Shown piece by piece: positions 58,201 through 64,000 of a stretch of 64,000 nucleotides of DNA. Both the position numbers and the translations under genes were made by a program. Source of the stretch: Laetmonice hystrix (taxonomy: Eukaryota); NCBI GenBank assembly GCA_965235115.1, contig OZ249436.1:10976001-11040000 (forward strand), written 5' to 3'. The notes beneath the pieces were generated by a model. The model searched no databases. It was not told the DNA's origin and worked only from the letters and a program-made list of their open reading frames with translations. How positions within the stretch are numbered: position 1 is the first letter of the stretch; every line of letters begins with the position of its first letter.

Positions 58201-60620
58201 CACTGTGGATCCTTCCAATACAGAGCATCTGCCGTCAGACTGCATGAAGTTAAAACAAACACAGGAAGTTTAGCTTCACGCTCCCTCCTATTTTAGGTCA
58301 ACATGTCCATTCAGACATTTCCCCATGATTTATGTTCTTGTCACGTTTCCACGGAATTCTGTGAAACACTGGGGTCATTTCGACAGGCTGTTTGTTAGTG
58401 TAGGACAGGAAACCATCTGCTTTTCATTTACTTCTAAATACCATTCTGACTTTGCCGTCAGGGTTGGAGGTCAGACTGTATACAAGACGGCCAGTACTTC
58501 AGACTGGCCGCCCCCACCACCAGCTCTAGGCACTGTTGGACCGACATCCTTGGACCACCTCTGGGGCGGTTCAACTTGGAAACTCTCACCATTAGGTCAA
58601 CCGGATCATTGTGAGCAGACAACACATTGATCATCGTAGAACTAGGCCTACTGAAACGGACAGATACACAGTACATGTACTTCCGTCAGCAATCCCCTAA
58701 CACAGTATTACATCTGTCTACATAATATACAACACATTGATAATCGTAGAACTAGGCCTACTGAAACGGACAGATACACAGTACTTCCGTCAGCAATCCC
58801 CTAACACGGTATTACATCTGTCTACATTATATAACATATTGATCATCGTAGAACTAGGCCTGCTGAAACGGACAGATACTTCCGTCAGCAATCCCCTAAC
58901 ACGGTATTACATCTGTCTACATTATATAACATATTGATCATCGTAGAACTAGGCCTGCTGAAACGGACAGATACTTCCGTCAGCAATCCCCTAACAGGGT
59001 ATTACATCTGTCTACATTATATAACATATTGATCATCGTAGAACTAGGCCTGCTGAAACGGACAGATACTTCCGTCAGCAATCCCCTAACAGGGTATTAC
59101 ATCTGTCTACATTATATAACATATTGATCATCGTAGAACTAGGCCTGCTGAAACGGACAGATACTTCCGTCAGCAATCCCCTAACAGGGTATTACATCTG
59201 TCTACATTATATAACATATTGATCATCGTAGAACTAGGCCTACTGAAACGGACAGATACTTCCGTCAGCAATCCCCTAACACGGTATTACATATGTCTAC
59301 ATTATATAACATATTGATCATCGTAGAACTAGGCCTGCTGAAACGGACAGATACTTCCGTCAGCAATCCCCTAATACGGTATTACATATGTCTACATTAT
59401 ATAACATATTGATCATCGTAGAACTAGGCCTGCTGAAACGGACAGATACTTCCGTCAGCAATTCGATTCCAGAGTATTACATCTGTCTACATAATATTAC
59501 ATTATTATATATATTGGGGGGGGGGGGGGGGCTTTCCGTTCATAATAAATAAGTGCCATGGCAGGAAATAAAAGCCAGATTAATTGCCTTAGACCCACAG
59601 CGTCCATATTCAGGTGGACGAAGCCATGATGAACTTATCACGCCTAGTTCTGTGATCAGTCTGGTTTTATTTGATTTGAATCACCCCACCCTTACCCCCG
59701 GAGCGCACCCAACTGTGGGTCTACCAATGTGGATCCCGATATAGAGCCCTTTGCCGGTCAGCGGGGTCAGCCAATTTGTCCCCAGGGATTTGAATGCTCA
59801 AGTTCAGTCAGATAGGTGGTTCTTTCATGTCAGACGGCCTAGCTCTGTGGGTGACCGCGTACCCACGCCTCCACAACATACATGATGTCCGGGTCCCCCC
59901 GGGGCAGGTGAAGGGGCTGCGGGGGTGGAGGGCCAAGGGCGTGGCCAGGGCGGCCCCAGGATAACTTGTACAACATGTAGGCTGTCAGCCTGGGCCAGAC
60001 CTAGGTGTTTCTGATAGATGGGGTATTCCATGGAGCCCCAGTGAACCCATTCCTACCGCTCGTGAACCCAATCTGGTTTAATCAAACTGACGCAGAGACA
60101 GAAAATCCAACATCCAAATATAATGAATGTATCAACAAATCTGGATTATACCTCTACCCATGTGTAGGACGAATGGCATCATACGCAAGGACATGATGTC
60201 CTAGCGTAAAAAAGATTAAAGTGATGCCACTTTACTAATGTTAGGTAAACGATGACTTTGTGATTTCTTTGCCTTCATTTGGTTCTTAATCAACAGAGAT
60301 AGACATTTAATATTCATATATATTTAGAAATCCACTGAATGAAACGATTTCGTTTTTTAACCTTCACGCCTCAGAATGGCGGCATCGTGAGTGTTCACAT
60401 GCCAGAAACCCTTTAGTATCCAAATTGAAAGTGGACCTTGACGATGATACGGCCGTGTCTTACCTTGGATCCCTCGACACTGATAATACGGTACGAGTTG
60501 CGGGTACTGTCGTAGTAATACGACACGTTGATCGCTTGAGTACTGGCCGGCAGCCATTTCTTCTTGGTGTTGGGGTCTATTTGGAAGACGTGCGCTTTGG
60601 TCGTAAAAATGGGTTGCTCC
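52286..60620 (-). CDS. HOMER: Homer scaffold protein (EVH1 + coiled coil), 8 conserved coding exons; start exon not among them
   Basis: Minus-strand exons 60464-60620, 57519-57650, 56852-57007, 53590-53720, 53318-53474, 53023-53133, 52764-52844, 52286-52483 are all GT-AG and phase-consistent. They read [22 protein letters not shown]...[24 protein letters not shown] (EVH1) and [52 protein letters not shown] (coiled coil). Confidence 0.96.
53763..54098. repeat. Minisatellite, about 16 x 21 bp, about 40 bp from a Homer acceptor
   Basis: Unit ATCCACGTCATGGATTATCTA. Confidence 0.95.
54927..54959 (-). CDS. Candidate internal alternative first (or cassette) coding exon of Homer, [11 protein letters not shown]
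   Basis: ACCATG start context, 11 codons and a strong phase-0 donor AAG|GTAACC that matches the phase-0 acceptor at 53720. It lies in a CpG-rich island. Confidence 0.4.
55080..55230 (-). promoter_or_regulatory. Candidate internal Homer promoter (CpG-rich, CRE half-sites, E-box, TATA-like)
   Basis: The minus strand has TATATAA (plus 55212-55218), two TGACGT, TGACGC and CACGTG clustered upstream of the candidate exon. Confidence 0.3.
57199..57276. mobile_element. 78-bp palindromic Ginger-like mini-element
   Basis: CCGG|TGTGGCG...ATAGTAGTCC/GGACTACTAT...CGCTACA|CCTG. Confidence 0.55.
58621..59495. repeat. Minisatellite, 9 units of 95 bp (first two longer) in a Homer intron
   Basis: GATCATCGTAGAACTAGGCC recurs at 58629, 58739, 58841, 58936, 59031, 59126, 59221, 59316 and 59411. 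Confidence 0.95.
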
Positions 60621-62208
60621 CTAAAAAAAACAAGAAAAGAAAGGATTATAAGTATCTTAAATTAATTGCATATCAAATCCATTTTACAGACGCAAAAGTT
60701 GCACGTGGTCAGTAGTAACAGACTTCTACTGTCCTACGCTGGTATATATCGTAAACGAGGGTGGTATTAGCTCCAGAAAAAAAACAGGCATTAATGGGGG
60801 TTGGGGGCGGCGGCAAGACGATGCGTTAACTGCTTTTCTTTTGGGTTTCCTTTTACCATGCCTTGGTGCATCAGTAACAAAAGATGCGATTTATCATGCG
60901 CAATAACACAGCTACTCAAACACACGAGGACAATCAACTCGGCGATGGTTTCCACCAGGCAGATACATGTACATGGGTCTTACTTGACCTGAATAAACAA
61001 AGACTCGATCTCTATCTGGATAAAGACGACAAAGACAATAGTGATAATTGGGTTGTTAAGACGATACCCACCCCTGCGGGAGGTTGCTGACGTCAGCCAC
61101 GATCACCTCCCGACGTGGTCTAACCCACTGTAACATAGTGACGTCACATCTATCTACCCTCTATAATGTTCCGTGTATATTTGCCCTACACCTTTTTCCC
61201 CCTCCTGGTGTCTGCGGAGATAGTGGCCAGTCCAGACTCCCTAGTACAAGATTACATCCAACACATGTACGTATGTAGGCCTATATACAGACGGTGATCT
61301 AGCCGCACTGTATTTATGTGTCCAGGTTAAGTCGACCCCTAATGTTGCCGAGCTATGCGGCGGACAGACCGGTAAAAAGTTCACGGGATGCCAGGCCGTG
61401 CTCCTGTAGGCGATATCATGAAGTGTATCGAGTGTTGATCATGGCTAACTCCTTGCTCACAGCGGAGAGAAAGAGGATATCATACAATCAGGTTCTCACC
61501 AACACGGCTGATATTACACCACATCCAATAACAAACAGAAACTTGTTTATCACATTTTTCTTTATAACATCACTAACGCAAATATTTGGCCACAGGACAC
61601 AGGCTAAACGTGGAGGTATATGTAAGTCGCCATGACGACCACTCATGTTTATAGATAGACAAAGGTGTGCGGTATGCCAGCCATGTGGTCTATGCGCTAT
61701 GTATGTAATGGTGTATATGGGACACCTCGACTCAATATAGTTCTTGGTTTGGTTCTCCTGATGAGGGGCTGATGTTGCCGGCTGCCGTCAATCAGCCCTG
61801 TGAGTTGGGGTCACTTGTGTTGGTTGTATAGTACAGATGCGAGTACCATTCACTGGAACTAGAACTGATGGAACACGCGCCACAGGGAGGGGGGATGCAG
61901 CATGCAGGAGTCGGAATGTTTCGTCTCACGTTCATTCCAACCTCATGAACTAGTATCCTGTGGTGTAAAGTTACTTCAGGCAACACAAAAACATCACACT
62001 CACGGTATCCGTGAGGATGGGATAAATATATGTTTCAACTGTTCTAGTTTAGATTGTAACGGATGCAATCATCCAACCACTCGGAGCATTCTACAAACAG
62101 CACTACTTCAATCAGCCAGCACACAGAGGGCAGAGACATGACTTCATACGTCATATCCCTAGCCCAGCGTCCATGCTGAGACGGTAGCGCCCTCTGCCGG
62201 GCCGTTAC

Positions 62209-62960
62209 CAGTGCACTCCCTGGCGCGTGACGGTGATACACGTGTAGCCACGGCCGTCGTCAGCCGGCGCCATGATCATAGCGTCCCGGCCTTTCTTCAA
62301 CTCACACGGCAGACTCTGCCTCCACGCCTGCCCTGCCCCCTGGTGGTGGCTGAGGCTGGCCGACCGCTGGCGGTGGTGGTGGTGGTGGTGATGGTAGCGG
62401 CGGTGGTCAGCGGCGGGTGGAGGATCAGCCCTGGTGACGTCGTAAGCTGACTGCGTGCTGTGCCAAGGCGGGGACAGGGACTCGCCAAGCACGGCCGACT
62501 GGGGACGGGCCCCCAGTCGCGGCAGGCTCCGCGACTTCTGCCGTCTCACGTCCAAAATGTCCCCAACCTCGGCCGAGACCGAGCAGGAGGAGGAGTAGGA
62601 TGGCGGGGCTGGGTGTCGGGTCCTGGGGTGAGGCCTGAGGACGGGGCCGGGGAGCAGGGTGCCTGAGGCCGACCGAGGGAGGTGGACAGAGGGTTGGGGA
62701 TCAAACTGTAAAGTTGTCACATAGCCCGTCCTAGGCAGAGTGCTGGCCCTGGCCTCCTGGGCAGGTAAGGGCCGGCCGCCGTGAACAGAGCTAGAGGGTC
62801 TGGCCCATGGGATGGGGTTGTTCTGACGACTGCTCGGTCGAAAGGTGCTCAGTACGACCGGTGGAGGTCTCTCATCGATGTTCACACTCTGACTCCGCGG
62901 CCGGTGCAGTCTCCGTACCGTTATGGCAACTGTCTCAGCATCCTGACTCAATCCCTTCAT
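62209..62960 (-). CDS. Candidate long N-terminal coding exon of Homer (about 250 aa, disordered, His tract)
   Basis: The 251-codon GC-rich ORF ends CAC TG|GTAACG. This phase-2 donor matches the Homer EVH1 exon acceptor at 60620, giving ...GVHW-EQPIF... and a 624-aa product. Confidence 0.6.
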
Positions 62961-62971
62961 GTGGCCGGTTC

Positions 62972-63139
62972 CTGGTCACAAATATCATACACCTGGTCAC
63001 ATGTATCATACACCTGGTCACAGGTATCATACACCTGGTCACAGGTATCATACACCTGGTCACGGGTATCACACACCTGGTCACGGGTATCATACACCTG
63101 GTCACAGGTATCATACACCTGGTCACAGGTATCATACAC
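62972..63139 (-). repeat. Minisatellite, 8 x 21 bp, each unit GT...CAG on the minus strand
   Basis: Unit GTGTATGATACCTGTGACCAG, exactly 168 bp. Confidence 0.95.
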
Positions 63140-64000
63140 CTGGTCCAGGACGCATCGTCTCAACCTCCTCTGATCCTCTCTACACGAAACCGAAATAAAA
63201 CATTCCCCAAACTTGAGAACAAGATAATGCAATTTAATCCTCCAAGGAGCGCATGAAGGTAACTCCTGGTCAAGGTATATCGAGAAAACCGTAATCCAAT
63301 ATTGTTCAAGAGGTTCAGCGATCAGAAGGCGATGTCGGATTGCTTGCTGCCCAGAGTGTGGCCAGCAACAGTACTGGCCGGTATGGTTTAGTGGCAGCCC
63401 AGTGCACGCGTTCAACTGATGAGCCACACTGACAGGGGTAGCACACGTGACTCTAACTCGCCTCTATTTATCACAGGTATCCACACAACAAGCAGCCAGG
63501 TACTGGCTTGCCCGTCTACCAACAGGTATCTGTGTCTACTGCAGCAAGTTGCAAGCAGCTATAGGCCTAGCTGCCCATTCCGAGGGCTGCGGTCTAAGTT
63601 ACGGCCGACCATCTACTGCAGGTATAAAGAATGTCTGGCCTCAAACTTCATCACGGCTACCCTCCCGCCGTACCAGGCCGTGGTAGGTAGATCTAACCCC
63701 ACCGTGTTTCAGCAACTGAATGCGTTCTAACACCCGAGCTCACCCCAACCCATACACACGCCTTATCTAGACGTTTAACACACCCACAGCGGTCCCATTC
63801 ACAGTCCATTATGACTTGGTAGCGATCTCTGTGTCAAAATGAGAAACCTCACGCAGCTCAATCCATTCGGGCAGTATTAAGTATTTTTTGAAATGTTAAA
63901 CGAACGAGCGGTTAAGTGGCCACACTTGGAGCGGTGCCGCCATGCTGGAGGAAGGTAAACTCGGCCTCACGGGAGATCCTCTTAACTGAGGAGTACTTCC

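Noticed and set aside
59825..60090. GC-rich minus-strand segment with an acceptor-like site in a Homer intron
   Set aside because: Stops occur in all frames soon after the acceptor, and inclusion would split the EVH1 domain. No support as a coding exon.

Overview
Intron-rich invertebrate (bilaterian, probably lophotrochozoan) genomic DNA, not prokaryotic. Four spliced protein-coding genes could be assembled by hand. These are the 3' part of a Star-like FkbM/Methyltransf_21 gene (+), a complete RIOK2 (+, 9 coding exons, 599 aa), a complete USP3 (+, 14 coding exons, 513 aa) and a Homer gene (-, 8 conserved exons plus a candidate long N-terminal exon). Introns and intergenic DNA hold many non-autonomous DNA transposons with resolvable TIRs and TSDs of 3, 4, 5, 6, 7 and 9 bp, one intact tRNA-derived SINE, and about a dozen tandem arrays. 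The main observations are three. (1) TA-NNNN-TA palindromes are strongly over-represented, and several appear as 6-bp insertions distinguishing copies of tandem repeats, which looks like Tc1/mariner excision footprints. (2) The Homer locus has unusual isoform potential: a 250-aa N-terminal exon, a 21-bp repeat array that could be spliced out as a new intron, and an internal first exon giving an EVH1-less form. (3) RIOK2 carries a recent coding minisatellite. All gene models are sequence-only and need RNA-seq confirmation.
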